Part shown: one piece after another, positions 44,225-57,428 of the stretch
Layout of the letters: each line of letters starts with the position of its first letter
Position numbering within the stretch: the first letter of the stretch is position 1
Source of the DNA: Lytechinus pictus
Lineage: Eukaryota
Assembly (NCBI RefSeq): GCF_037042905.1
Contig: NC_087248.1
Span: forward strand, 13,454,001 to 13,518,000
Length of the DNA: 64,000 nucleotides
Reading direction: 5' to 3'
Program-made: the position numbers and the translations under genes
The notes under the pieces: generated by a model
What the model saw: only the letters and a program-made list of their open reading frames with translations
What the model was told of the DNA's origin: nothing
The model's database searches: none

Positions 44225-44834
44225 AACAACTTAGGAATAATAGTTAGTTTGCTCGACGCTTCAGTGGAGAATAGCGTGCAATCATAAATGAATCGTTCTA
44301 TCTTCCTGCAAATAAATATTATTTACAAAACACTTAGAGATAGTTACGTTGAAACTTATGAAGGCATTTTGTTATTGCATCTAACACACTATGAAAGAAT
44401 GAAATGAATGTAGGTCCTACTTTTGCTAATTAATTTAATCAGTTTCGACAATCGCACAAACATAGTCATTTATTCGTCAAAAGATAAGATGAAATGAAGA
44501 CAAAGTAAATGAGAGTGAGAGAGAGAGAGGAAGAAAGAGCGAGAGAATAAAAAGATGCCAGGTGGAGTCCTGTCATTCTTACAAAGTACTTTAAACTAAT
44601 TCCTCATTGCAAGGTAAAACCTATCCAATTCATCACCTTTCTCAAGTATGGAAAGTAATTAATTTCCCCTCTCACCTTTATGCGTAGGTAAAGTACATTC
44701 TCGTACTTACATGATTAAGTCGAGTTTTCTGTAAAGGTATAACCAAGTTATGATCATCCAGTGCATACGTTTCATGCATTTCCTTCTTTACATGAACGAA
44801 TAATGAAGTCACGTTTTACGTCACTACTTACATG

Positions 44835-45241
44835 GGTTTATTTCCGATTCGTCTAAAGCCAATTCGTCCAAATGCCGACTCGTCTACTATCATTTGGTCT
44901 ACCATCAGTTCGTCCACTATCCACATGATCTAATTGCAAATTCGTCCACTCACCATTTCGTCTAATAACCAGTTGGTCCAATAGCCATTTAGTCTAAATA
45001 CCATTTGGTCTAATTGGGCCTAGTGTTAATTGTCCAAAATGAATGAAAATGAAATGGATATAAGACCAACTCGTTATGAGACGAAATGGTCGTAGAAGAA
45101 ATTGTGATTATACGAAGTGATGATTGTATTGGACCAAATGGTCGTAAGACGAAATCTTGATAGACGGAATGGCATTAGACTAAATATAGAAGACCATGTG
45201 GTGAGCGGACGAGTGGGCAGTAGACGAATTGGCAATTTACC
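44835..45241. mobile_element. MITE with internal ~15-bp subrepeats and 8-bp TSD
   Basis: TIR ggtttatttccgattcgtcta ... tagacgaattggcaatttacc; TSD cttacatg; absent at the homologous site ~32463. Confidence 0.8.
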
Positions 45242-47370
45242 CTTACATGTAATGGAGTATTTTCAGATAGTTTTACATTTTTTTTTCATCATTTGAATGG
45301 TTAGGCAAATCAAACAACGTCAGAGCTGGAAAAGCTTTTATCCTGACACGATCAATTGCACACGATATAAATGAGCTTTTGATGTAACTTTAAAGTCGTG
45401 AAAATCAAGGTGCGTGTGTTTCCCCCTCTTTATTAGACTGCATCCACATCAAATGCGATCATCAATGAATAATTGATATTTAAAAAAAAAATGAAAATAG
45501 ACGAAATGTGACTTGCTGCCTTGACGAATAATAATTTTTTCTCTATGCACTATTTTTGTACATTCTTTCACATAACAATAAACAAGTTATTTCAACGTCG
45601 TGTGACACCTTCTCTTCGTAAGGCGCCGTGTGAACGTCGTAAGAGCATCGTAACATCTACGCAAGATTTCGTAGGGTAAAGAGACAATTCTATAAGACTT
45701 ACATTCTTCCGATGATCGTATGAATGTCGTGTATTATTTATAGAGGGATTTTGCGAATGACTCTTGGCGTTTGTAATGCATTCGCAAGGGAGTCGTAAGG
45801 CGTATATAATAATGCAATTGTTGTCGAACACAATATTATCCTATCAGCGCATATTTCACTCCACGCGCGTTGACGTCACAACAAAAGTTTAGCAGAGTAA
45901 TCAGTTACAGGTATCAGCTGATTTTTCCAGTCATCTGCACTCTAACAGCAAATCTTGATGTGTTATTTTACGAAGCTATTAGCTGAAAGTAATCTATGGA
46001 CCAACCTTTTAAACGCCTCTACCTCTTCAGAATATTTTACTCTGCAGAACTGCAAAGTATGACGAGTATGACCTCTACATTCGATGAAATGGTAGAGTGG
46101 TGTACAATTTTTCTTTATGTAGATACAAGCCTTTTGACGCGTTTTTTGTGTTTTTAAAAGCACATTTGCTCCAACAAAAGTGCTGATAGTTTGAAAACAA
46201 GCACATGAACCCCTAATTTGTAATGAACCCACCTCTTCAGTATCCCTTTTTTACAACCTAGCAAAATTTGGTGAAAACGACATTAGTTTAGAATAAACTG
46301 CATCAATTATTGTACTTTTGTACTTATTGTACTGCTACTCTTTAAAGAGCAAACTAATAGCAATATGAGTGGATTTCATATCTCAAGTATAAAATTCTGA
46401 ACTAAAATGTAAACATTTGTGAAATTCAGATGGATTTTGACTGAGTAAAAGAGGTTTATACTCAACGTTTTGATTTCGTGTGGTCAGAGGCGGCGGAACA
46501 TCAGGCTCGGACAAAGAAAATGGAGGGGCACCTTTTGTCTGCCAAACAATAGGTAACCCTCCATTTTCATTGTATGAGCTCTGCGTGTGGTCTTAAATTG
46601 CAAAATAATTTTTATTGCGTATTTCTCGAGACCTTTCAAATTGGTGAACTTCAGAGCTCGATAAAAATTCAGGCACAAGAACCTACATGTATGTTAATTT
46701 TGGCATATTTAGAATATTTAGGTGCTACAGTAATTCTGTGCAAAAATTGGTGAAAATGACAAGGATTTCATTTTAGCTATAGAACGTCCCTAAACTTGTA
46801 CATACAGTGTAATAATAAGCAATAAATTGACAGCATTAACGATTTCTGCAGTAACTGGGCGTTGTGGCGTGCGCCTTTAATCCAAGCTATGTGGGGAAGT
46901 TACAAATTGAAATGCAAAACCAATTTCACGTTTTCTAAGTCAGACCTCGGACAAATAATGCTTCATCTCCAAATATTATAACCTGGCATGTTGTCTAATA
47001 AAATTTGAAGAGGTATTCAACGGACGTGTTAACGGTCCATAAGGACCCACGGTGTATTTCGATTGACGCATGTTCTTTCCTGCAAAGTATTACTTCATAT
47101 CTCAACACAACTAACACCCCAAAACACTGGGGCTTATTCAAAAGTATGCCGGTAATTATAGCGTGCTTTCCTTTTATCTACGTAGGCCTATACATGGGAC
47201 CTTATGAAGATCCAGTGTGCAACCTAAAGGGTGAGAACAAAATAACTAAAAAATTGTCTATAAGTTATGGCTTCAAGAGCGCCAACAAGTGTCTGAACTG
47301 AAGTCGAACAAAGCGTTAACTTATGGTTTTGTTTGCTGATCTAATAACCATTTAGATAAACAAAACAATA

Positions 47371-47590
47371 ACCCGGTAGGATGCGAAAGATATTGTATGT
47401 TTGATTTTGCCAGCGCCATAATGAGGCTGCGATGAATGCAAGGAATGCTCCCCAGGGAGTGGAAATTGTGCACTTTTCGTGCGGGATTGAAATGAATCCA
47501 ATGACCGGGGTAATAATATGCTGTAACGCGCTTTGAGCCATTCTGGGAAAAGCGCTTTATAAAAATTGGCTATTATTATTATTATTATTT
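47371..47590 (+). mobile_element. 3' part of a SINE with L2-like tail and (TAT)n end
   Basis: gaatgctccccagggagtgga core, gcgctttgag...aagcgctttataaaa and tattattat tail. Confidence 0.65.
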
Positions 47591-47657
47591 CGCAATAACC
47601 GATTTCGTTATAACCGATCGCTCAAATAATCTATGTCCCCACGTATTTGAACACATA

Positions 47658-48010
47658 AGCCCGTATTCTGAAGTCAGGTTTAACTCAGACCGTGGTCTAA
47701 CTCTGTGCTAATATTATCTGATTATGGGAAGCCAAAAGTGTAAAAATTTGTATTAGATTGTAAGTTTTTTTATAGGTTTATTGTGCTTTTTCCTGATTCA
47801 TCGATGGTGAAGACAATCATCTATTTATACTTCCTAGACAATTATGAATGATTTGAGAATCAAATGAGCTGAAATATGATATCTCTACTGTTAGTGATTT
47901 ATGTAACAGTTGGCCATCCATACTTAAACCACAACTTTAAACCTGAGTTTAAGCATGGACCTACTAGTAGGTCCATGGTTTAAATTAAACCCGACTTCAG
48001 AATACGGGCC
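47658..48010. mobile_element. MITE
   Basis: TIR gcccgtattctgaagtc ... gacttcagaatacgggc. Confidence 0.8.
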
Positions 48011-51000
48011 AAAGAGTAGTTAGGAGTAGCTATCGTCATGATCGTGCAATCACAACGTAAATTAATAGCAACAACATAACCCCCCCCAAAAAAAAAAAAC
48101 AACAAAGAAACAGTCGGTTGCACGTATCAGTCAGTCTGCAAGCCCCTATGTTAATGAGCAAATGAGCAAGATTTATCCAAGTCCTCTCGCGGCTGAATTC
48201 ACATCCCTACAAAATCTCGTGAATTGTGAGACTTTTTTCTCAAAGAATTTAACCATTTTCTCCTTGAGTAAAATTGATTATTTTCGTACCATAGGAATGA
48301 GTAAACGTTACTCATTTTTATTGCTTCAGCGCCTGGTGATTTTTTTTCTCCATGGTTGAATTATCGACTTTAGGGTCATTCGGTTTTAGGAAGCGACATG
48401 ATAGGTCACTCCGAATAGGCCTCTCAGCTCAATTTAAACCATCGCAACATCCATCATTACTAGAATGATGCATAAAAGTTTATTATGATTTTTCTGGGAA
48501 ACTTTATATGAGACTGAATATCTAGAATTTCCGACCGATTTACAAAATATTACTACCCGGTTTACATATTGACCTATATATATTGTGCCAGATGATATTG
48601 TTTCATCCTTGTGTGGCTTAATACCACGGACACTTAATTCAGAATAAATTTTTAATTTATTTATTTGATCTTTGACAATGGATTCAAGCGCGTAACACAG
48701 TGTTTACCAACTCTTAAATGGAATGAAATGAACGACATAGATACAGCAATATCTCTTTGAAATTAGGACGTGGAAAGATATGAAAACGTCAAAATATTTA
48801 TGGTCCCTTTTGATTAAAAAAAAAATCAGCCTCATACATGCCCCTATACACACATAAAGTAAAGTTTCTCTGCGTTTATCTTCAAAATGTGTACTTAAAA
48901 TCAGATAGGCTTGTGCCCTTTAGACTAGAGGTTAACAAGTTAGATATACCCTCCCCTGCTGGGAGGTACTTAAGTGTCGGGTGCAAAATCAAATAACAGA
49001 TAGCAATGGATCTGTGGATTGCTCGTCTCTGATCTGTTATCATTCATCGGATCCTCCCTCGTGAAGTCCAGTGGCTTAAAAATGAAGTCACTCCTTATAT
49101 CCATATGCTGTATTTTGGGTAAGTCTTTATTACGCTACTTCCTGCCTTTTCCACGTTGTGCTGCTGCCGATTGTTATTTATAACTGCCGATATGCGTCGA
49201 GAGGAAAAGTTTTAAAGAATGCAATAAGGTTAATTGTTTGACGAACAAATTAGCTTAGTTCTTCATACGTGACTCGCAAGGAGTTTATTGAATTACCTAC
49301 TATCCATATCAAGACCTGTTTGTTATACGATATTCCAGGCGACGGAAATGTTGACCTAGATTAACTTAGAGTCTTTGGTCGAAATTTCTGTTCATGGTCA
49401 TGTATTTCCAGTGTTTGACCCCGGTTTTCATTATACGCTCGTGGGTCCCGTAACATAAAGGTTAGCGATTGATCGTATACTTGATTTTCATGATTAATTG
49501 TACATTGTAGTCAATCTGTCGTTAAGGACAGCTAAACTTATTTGTAACTGTTGTGCACCTATCGAAATTCCTAATCGCATGGTCAACATTTCGTGAAATC
49601 GGTCACACTTCTCTTAATTATGTAGAAGTCCCGTGCCCATGGTGCCCGAGAAATCTAAGGCGCCTTACTCGGACACGTTAAAGTCAAGGGTTCGCTGCCG
49701 GCGGCCAATATGTTCTTAAGTAAGACATACATATTAAATCCATTGTGCTCTTTCATCCAGTAAAATAAATAGAGAAATTGTGTAAGCGGTCGTAACAGTG
49801 CATGGGTGTCTTGTCTTTTTCTATATTTTCGGAAATTGTGCAAAAATAATTCTTGCTCGAGGCACTATTCAGTACGTAATAGTATCATGTTTATTTGTTA
49901 ATATTCAATATACTCGTGGAAAATCGCAGAACTTTTATAGGCTCGAATATTCCATTACATTTGGATTCCTTTCAAGTAAATTCATCTCGCGAACCACTTA
50001 AAACTCTTTAGTAACGAGCCTGTCTTGTGTGTCTAAGTTGGCAACTTTCTAAAGGGATGTGTGTGGGCCTTTAAGTTTTGAGGGACAGTTGATTAACAGG
50101 TTCTCGCCTTGGGATTAATCATCACCCCTTTAGGATTTCCTGAAAAACATGGCACGATCTACAATGTAGTGATTTCTTATATACAACAAACTCATTCTGG
50201 AGTATTTAGAGTTCCTAACATGCCTAACGTGCGTAAACGTTCGGTTCGGCTTAGTGCTCTGGACAGCATTTCACTTGAGCTGGTAAGCTGCATGAGATCA
50301 AGTAAAGTATGTGACGCATGTCAGTATGCTGAATGATTTTGCCTTTTCGTACAAAAATTGTACTAACACATTGCGGTATTATTATTGTAGTGTGTTCTTT
50401 TGAAATGCATTGAAATGATTGTTAGTCTGCAATGCTCACGAGAGGCAAAGGTCAGACCAGTATCTCTTGTATGAAGGTATGCACATGTGTAGGCATACTC
50501 AAAATAACACGAAGAAAGAGGGAGCAATGATATTCATGACATTCAGGCATGAGGATTTCGGATGTATAAAATGAGGGAAAAACAAAATTTTTGTTTTTAA
50601 AGAACCCTCTGCCTAAAACAAATAGACAGTTGACAGACATATTGATACATTTGTTATGTTTATTTGGAAATTCATGTCTGAATCTTCGTCGTAACGGCAA
50701 ACTTTTCGACAATACAATCTATATGAAACAATACAATCCATATGAAAAAAGGATTATCCTGACCTGTTGACGTTTAACGTTCTTGTAATTCGAATGTCAC
50801 GGGCAATTACGATTAACCTTTCACCTCCGCTTGCCAGGAAACGACCTAACAGAATCCTATATCATCAGCTAACGGCATATTTTTGACAAGTGGCATATTA
50901 TTCACGATATATATTTAAAAAAATCAAAACACCAATAAGCAAATTTAGGGTCAGGTCCAATGCCGTATGGCCAATTCTTGTATTTCCTTTGGTCTGTACT

Positions 51001-51615
51001 GTCCTATAGGAATCAAATGGATGGGGGGTGCTAGATCGAGCGATGATCATTTCCCTATGCCTTTTAAAAGAGATCTTGAATAAATCTTAGGAGAATGAGG
51101 GTGGAAACAGAAGGATGGAGGAAAGTATTGAAAATTTGCAATCAAACTACCCGTAGTGTTCTCATTAATCATGTTAATAACAAAAATAAAGAATATTTAA
51201 TAAATTTAGATTGTCCGCTCTTCCCTCTGAAAACCCTGTGTCCGATTACGTGTCGAAAAGTTTGTATATTTCACCAGAAGTTACTTGTTCTGAATCTAAT
51301 GTCTGCTCTTTTACTGGAAATGCATAATTTTCAATATACTCAATTTATTGTATTTTGCGACTGTTTGGCACTATATTTTGTGATGGCATAAGAGCGAGGG
51401 GTAGGGCTCCAACTACTAGAGACAAATAAAGAAATCAGTAGAAGAAGAGAAAGCGAGGAATACACCCGAACAGAAGAGAAGGCGTGTTGAAGAGTCGAAT
51501 AAGGTTAATGTTCTCTAAGAAACAAAAGAAATTACATTTAGACCACATTTCTCCCATCCCCAATCGACAAACCGACGAACCGCATAGCTTGGTAGTATGG
51601 TTTTGATATTAATGT

Positions 51616-52189
51616 CCCAGGGGGCCACTTACATTGACGAGTGGATACGATGCGCGACCAAAAAAACACGTAAAAAGGATGTCTTTTTCAAGATAGGGCA
51701 CGTTACGTACGTAACGTAATAAGGGTGTCAAAAATACTAAAACAATGAAAAGGGTATCTATTTTCGCTAGGAAGGCTACGTGTTTAGGGTCAAATTTGCG
51801 AGGGTATACAAAATTAAGACTAAATGTTTTATAAAGGATGTACTTTTTGCCCCAATTAAGAGTCAACACTATGTGTTAAGAGTACGATTTGCGCGAGGTG
51901 TGGGAGGTGGTATACTGAACCCAATGATGTAGGTAACGGTAAAACAGACGACCGACGTCCGTGACATATAACAATTGAAATATCGCTGTACATGTTTAGG
52001 GGTTCTATTCATGGAATACTTGCCAATAGTATCGTTTTGTTTCCAATACTTGTTAAGGGTAGGGTTTCACACGCCAATACTTGTTAAGGGGTACATTTTC
52101 AGAATATGGAAAATACGTGTTTAGAGTGCTTTTCGAGACCCCATGGTCGCGCATGGTATCCACTCGTCAATGGAAGTGGCCCCTCCGGG
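51616..52189. mobile_element. MITE with 8-bp TSD (hAT/P-like)
   Basis: ~45-bp TIR ggggccactt.cattgacgagtggatac.atgcgcgacca; TSD attaatgt at 51608-51615 and 52190-52197. Confidence 0.88.
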
Positions 52190-53811
52190 ATTAATGTAGC
52201 ATTGTCAATTATGAATGTGATCGTTAGACGAGAAACCCAGAAGAGGATACATATAGATGCCTTGATACTTGGATTAGTGTCTGACGGGGTGTATTATCAG
52301 GTCAAGTGTCAGATTAAACAAATAATGGTCATGACTGAAAGATTATCAATAACCAGACAGTGTTCCGTGCCATAAATCGACTTCGTCACATGATTTTGGC
52401 ATAGATATATCAAATAGAAACACTCTCTTTTGTCATGTTTGTGATCGAACTAATATTGACTTATATGTGTGATCATGAATATGAACTAACGTTATCATAA
52501 AATCGCTGATTTCATACTATGAATTTCTCTCATTAGAATAAGATTACACATATGGCAAGATGAAATCAAACAGTATTATGTATTGTATTGCAAATGTTGT
52601 AGTATAATGTTTGATGAATTACAATAAGCTATGTTACAAAGCTGCATATGACATGTGAGGATTGTATGATTGTAGTCACCAAATGGATCGTAAGCATGCT
52701 ATACATGTATCTGTGTGTGTGTGGGGGGGGGGGGGGGGGGGGGTCGGTGGGTGGGAAGGGAACGGTCGCTTGCAATTTGAATATTACTGTTGGGAATGGG
52801 GAGGGGTTACAGTGGAGCCGATCACCCCCTATCATCTTTTTTAGGTAGTGAAAACGGAAAAAGGAAGCGAAAAAATGGAGATAAGAATAAAAACATGAGG
52901 TCTTGGCCTTCTTAATCTTACTATGACATATCTTTCTCCATGTTCATGCTTATTACCATGTAAAAATAAAGCATTACCTGTTGGCCCCTCATCCCTTATA
53001 CTCTCACTTATGAAAGGATGGAAACGGATAAATCACCCTAAAGGACCGAGGAGTGACAGCGTTTTTGATAAAGGTGAAAAACGCTGTCCTCGGCCTGGGG
53101 TTCATAATGTTTACCAACACTAGTGTATATATATACTTTTTTCTGAGAGTGCGCTGTTAATCAGTCAATTTGCTCCCCCGGCCCATTAAACATCTTGGAT
53201 GCCACGCACGCTGACATACTGGTTCAAAGGTATCAACATTTTCTGTTGTTGAAAACATTGACATTATCAGACGGAAGTTTGATGGAAGCATGGTAGAATG
53301 AAAAACAGGTATACTATCAACCATTGGCGGCAATTCGGAAGGGGGGGGGGGCAGGGGATGTGTCCTCATTCGATTTTTGATTTTTATACACTGGAGCCTA
53401 TGGGAGAGTGTCGACTCGCCCCACCCCCCCCCGGATCCAGGTGGATACACATTTTAAGTTACATGAATGTATTCGATGATGTTCTGCGGTCATGATAAAC
53501 ACTGTCGATCTGTGTTGCCTGTGAACCTATAAACTCAGCGTAAGATATTATACTTTCCTCCTATGTGTTACAACGTCGGAAAGTTAATTTCTTTTCTTTA
53601 TCTACCTCAGGTGACAAATACTGAAAAAATAACAACAATGACAAAAGATTGAACATGTTTGGTTAGAGCTGGGCAATGATTATTAGCTCGCTGTTTATTC
53701 AATAGACTCATATTTGTTCAGAATGATACGAACATTGCAAAGTATGCATAAGCAAAAACACAGCCAAGAAAATTAACTCGACAACAATGAAAAAGGATTG
53801 GGATTTGAAGC

Positions 53812-54810
53812 TTAAATCCCGAGGGATTGTGAAGGAATAAGATTTGACGTTGCGTCCGATTTTATGTATGTGTCCCTGGCTTTGTCTGACTTCCAACGGC
53901 CATGTTGTGAAATCAGAAAGGGAGAAACTCGATTGTTACTAGCGGATGAAGCTCCACCCGACCGGAGACTGTGCAAACCGAAATTAGAGACGTCGGGAAC
54001 AAAGGGCTTCAACGCCTCCAGGACAATCTCGCGAGTTCTTGTGTAACTTAAACCTTGAGAAGTGGCGACTAGACCGCGTTTGGAACGAGCAAGCCTGCGA
54101 ATCACTGGTAGGTGAGAATGAGGAGGATCGCCTAAAGCTGCGAAATATCGCTCGGCTATAATGACGGGACAGGTCGGGTTGGATGTCCTAGCAATGGTAA
54201 CATCTCTGCCTTGGCGGAATTGATCGGTTTTAGAAGAGGGTAAGTGTAGGACTAGCCTGTCATGATGAAGAGTGCAGTCCTTCTTTCTTATCCTGCTAAG
54301 GTCGTCGAAGCGTAGGAATCCAGCATAAGAAATGAAGCATATAAACAAAATGCGTAGATCAGCTAAAGATGCATTGAGCTGACCGTGTGATGCGCGAAGA
54401 TGGGACAGGATTTCTGGTGTAACAGGCTCCTTACGACAAACAGGGGAAGAGTGAGTCCGGTTATACCCCTGCACTGCTGTTTTTACCATAGGGTCATCTG
54501 TGGGTGAAGGAAGGCCTGCGAGACCGTGCGCCCATTTCACTGACGCGACGAGGGAATCTGCTAGAATCTTGGCTCCGCTAACGGAAGACAGGTGGGAAAG
54601 GTATAGACAGAGGTGGTACGCTTGGACTGGAAATGTGGGTAGAGATTATTTTGGAGCTCGCCCACTGGACCCATTTGTCCCAACGGGATTTGTATTTTGA
54701 TGTGGTAGATGAAGCTTTGGCAGACATGAGTAGGGATGGAAGAACATCAGCGGCTAGGCTGCGTAGATGCGGATCGGAGATGGAGTCTTGCTTGGCGGAC
54801 CATGTTTCTG
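53812..54810 (-). pseudogene. Tyrosine recombinase of a DIRS/Ngaro-type retrotransposon, frameshifted in the N-terminal part
   Basis: GFLRFDDL, SKTDQ, GLHSLRSGGA, HGRWKS...RDTY give the catalytic R-K-HxxR-H-Y set; upstream KASSTTSKYKSRWDKW in another frame (shift ~54645); no RT/RNase H ORF in the window. Confidence 0.85.
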
Positions 54811-57147
54811 AAAGTTAGCTCATGAGAGCAAGACAATTAGACAAAATTAATAAAAAGAAATCAGTCGAAAGACTGACATACATACTGTAACAGTAAGCAG
54901 AGTGAGAAATTTCAAGAAACAAAGTAATGAGTAGAACCAAAAGCTGCTTAATATGTACTCTTTCAAAAGTAGGTATCCAAAAGACCTAGATTTAATCAAA
55001 AGAATAACAATGCGACAGGAAACGAATAAGGAGGATGCAAGGCGCCCAGTACCTGACTAGTGTACGAGACACTAGTACTCGGAGGCCACGAAAAACCCCC
55101 ATATTAGTTCATGGAGGAAACGTGGTTGCGTCCCAGGGTACCGAGCGAGGGCGCACTCCCTTGCTCCTTGCTCCTGTATACATGCAAAGAATCTATGAAT
55201 TGTGATTGTAAACTTGATTTGAAAGAGGAAGAAAATAAAATATTATTCAAAAAAAAAAAAAAGAATACTAAGTAATGCAAGTTTGACCAGGGGAGGGGGG
55301 GGGGGGTGAGGGGAAAGCCGTAAGAACAAAAAAAGGGGGGGGGGGTGGGAAGTCGAGCTAATAATGCTGAGCCGAGAATGGAAAAGATATGCGTGTTAGC
55401 GCAACGAGAAAACTCGAAATACGCAGTTACGTAAGAAACACAAAAGGAACACCTTGCGTTGGATACCGAAAAGAAATTCCACTTTTCGTCACTTACCTTA
55501 GAAATATTTAAGATCTGTAAAGGATCTGATGATAGACAATCTGTAATTTATGGCAAAATTGGTGGATAATTGGCAATAAAAAAGTGATTGATATGCCTGT
55601 AGGAACTATTTACAATAGAATGAATAAAAATACGAATCCACTCTAAAGAAATGTTACATCAACATTTGAAAGGTTGGAGGAGTGACAAATGTAATATCCA
55701 ACGTTGCATAAAGCTACACCCATCAATTTACGTGCTGGGTTGAAACATTTAAAGTAGTAAATACAACATATACTATAGAAGAGGTTGCCAATCTTCCAAC
55801 CTATCAAATTCTGATTTAACATTGCATTTTTAGAGTGTCGATGACAAAAGTAAATTAATAAATTGTAAACTACCATACCAATAAAATTTCAAACTTCATG
55901 TAGTCATTAAATTGATTAACGCACGTAAAGAGATGTATCAAACTGCCATGGTTGTATAATCTACGTAGGTAAATGAATGTTTACTAATGGCTTGAGAAGG
56001 AGTACAAACTAGTGTGCGGACGATAACATATCTAATCAAAGAGATAAAAGGTAATTTGGCGTAATTCTATGCACTCATTCCCTTTATTTATACCTATAAA
56101 CCACTTAAACTAGGTAATATAGTTTTATAGATGCTTACGACAAAGGAGCACGCGGTCACTAGATAAGGGCTAGTATTAGAATATGATATAACAATATCAT
56201 TTAGACTATCCCTTTACTGCATAATAAGAAAATGAATGAATTCCAGGGAAACCTTTTTTTTTCACTAATAGTTCATTTTCATTGCTGACGTCATATTGTT
56301 TAGTTTTCTTCAAGGGGATTAGGTGAACCATTAGATCTCCCTGCATCCTTAAACAACAACAGCTGTATTTGTTTAAAACGCCAATTATGTGACGCAGTTC
56401 TTTGCCCCCCCCCCCACCCAAGATAAAGGAGTAATGCGATTGCCCATTACAGTATTTTGGGCCAGATGAAAGCGTTAAAGATTTTGTGTCGCAAATTCAA
56501 TCCCATTGCTTTTCGAGGTTAACAAAAGTTTGACATTGACCTGCATGGGATGTCCTGTCATTTGCATTGCCCTTGGCATGGATTCTGGTCCTCGGACGAG
56601 GTCAGGAAATATGTTGAAATTGTAGTTAAAGTAGAAAGTCGTAATATGGCGTTATAGGGATAGTCGTGAGACTGGTTTGGAGTAGTTTAAACAAAGCCAC
56701 AATTAGAAAGATGATTACATAATGATACTTTCAAACGTGTGGGCTAATATTTTACCCTGTAAACTTTATGTTTATTTCAAAGAACCAACTTGAAAATTTA
56801 TAATGAGAACAAAGTGAATTTATACCTGAGAACCAAATATCTGTGTTACTTGACTACAATTCCTCTCATGCTTTTATGTCGTCATTTCGCGGGCTTAATG
56901 ATTCTTTGTTGGAGCTTTGAAAGTGCACGACTCATACTAGGTATAGATTCGTTCTGAAATAGTATAGACAATCAGTATATTTATAAAGAGGAAGATAGTG
57001 ATTGCAATTATTATGATGGCAAAATCGAATGAGGGCGGATCTGGCCGGGGCCCATATATACGTCTATAGGCAACTCGAGTAGTAAAAGAAGAACACATAT
57101 GGGCCAAAGATGAAAAAAATATGGGTTAAACAACTCGCCAAAATAGA

Positions 57148-57428
57148 CCAGTTCGTAGTTACTTCATGGACAATTTTGGTCAAATGACCTTTCATTTCTT
57201 TCATTACGATAGGCAGATTTCAAAGCAAAATATTACGTAAGCCTGCCTTACACAGCAGGATGAAGAAATTGAAAACCACAATTCAAAAGAATATATGAAT
57301 AATCAAGACATCAAAGTTGGTGCTTATCTCATTAGATTTTAAACCACCATGTCACTTTAGTACAAATGACCTTCCTCTGATCATGCGTAGAATCTGTTGA
57401 TCATGTGCAGAAAGGAACTACGAACTGG
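57148..57428. mobile_element. MITE
   Basis: TIR ccagttcgtagtt ... aactacgaactgg. Confidence 0.7.

Noticed and set aside
44835-45241. Regular short repeats resembling a CRISPR array
   Set aside because: Eukaryotic context, no unique spacers or cas genes; they are subrepeats within a TIR/TSD-bounded MITE.
55491-55500. Perfect minus-strand splice donor (AG|GTAAGT) as a candidate shared leader exon end
   Set aside because: A single 8-mer is expected by chance in 20 kb; no supporting evidence.
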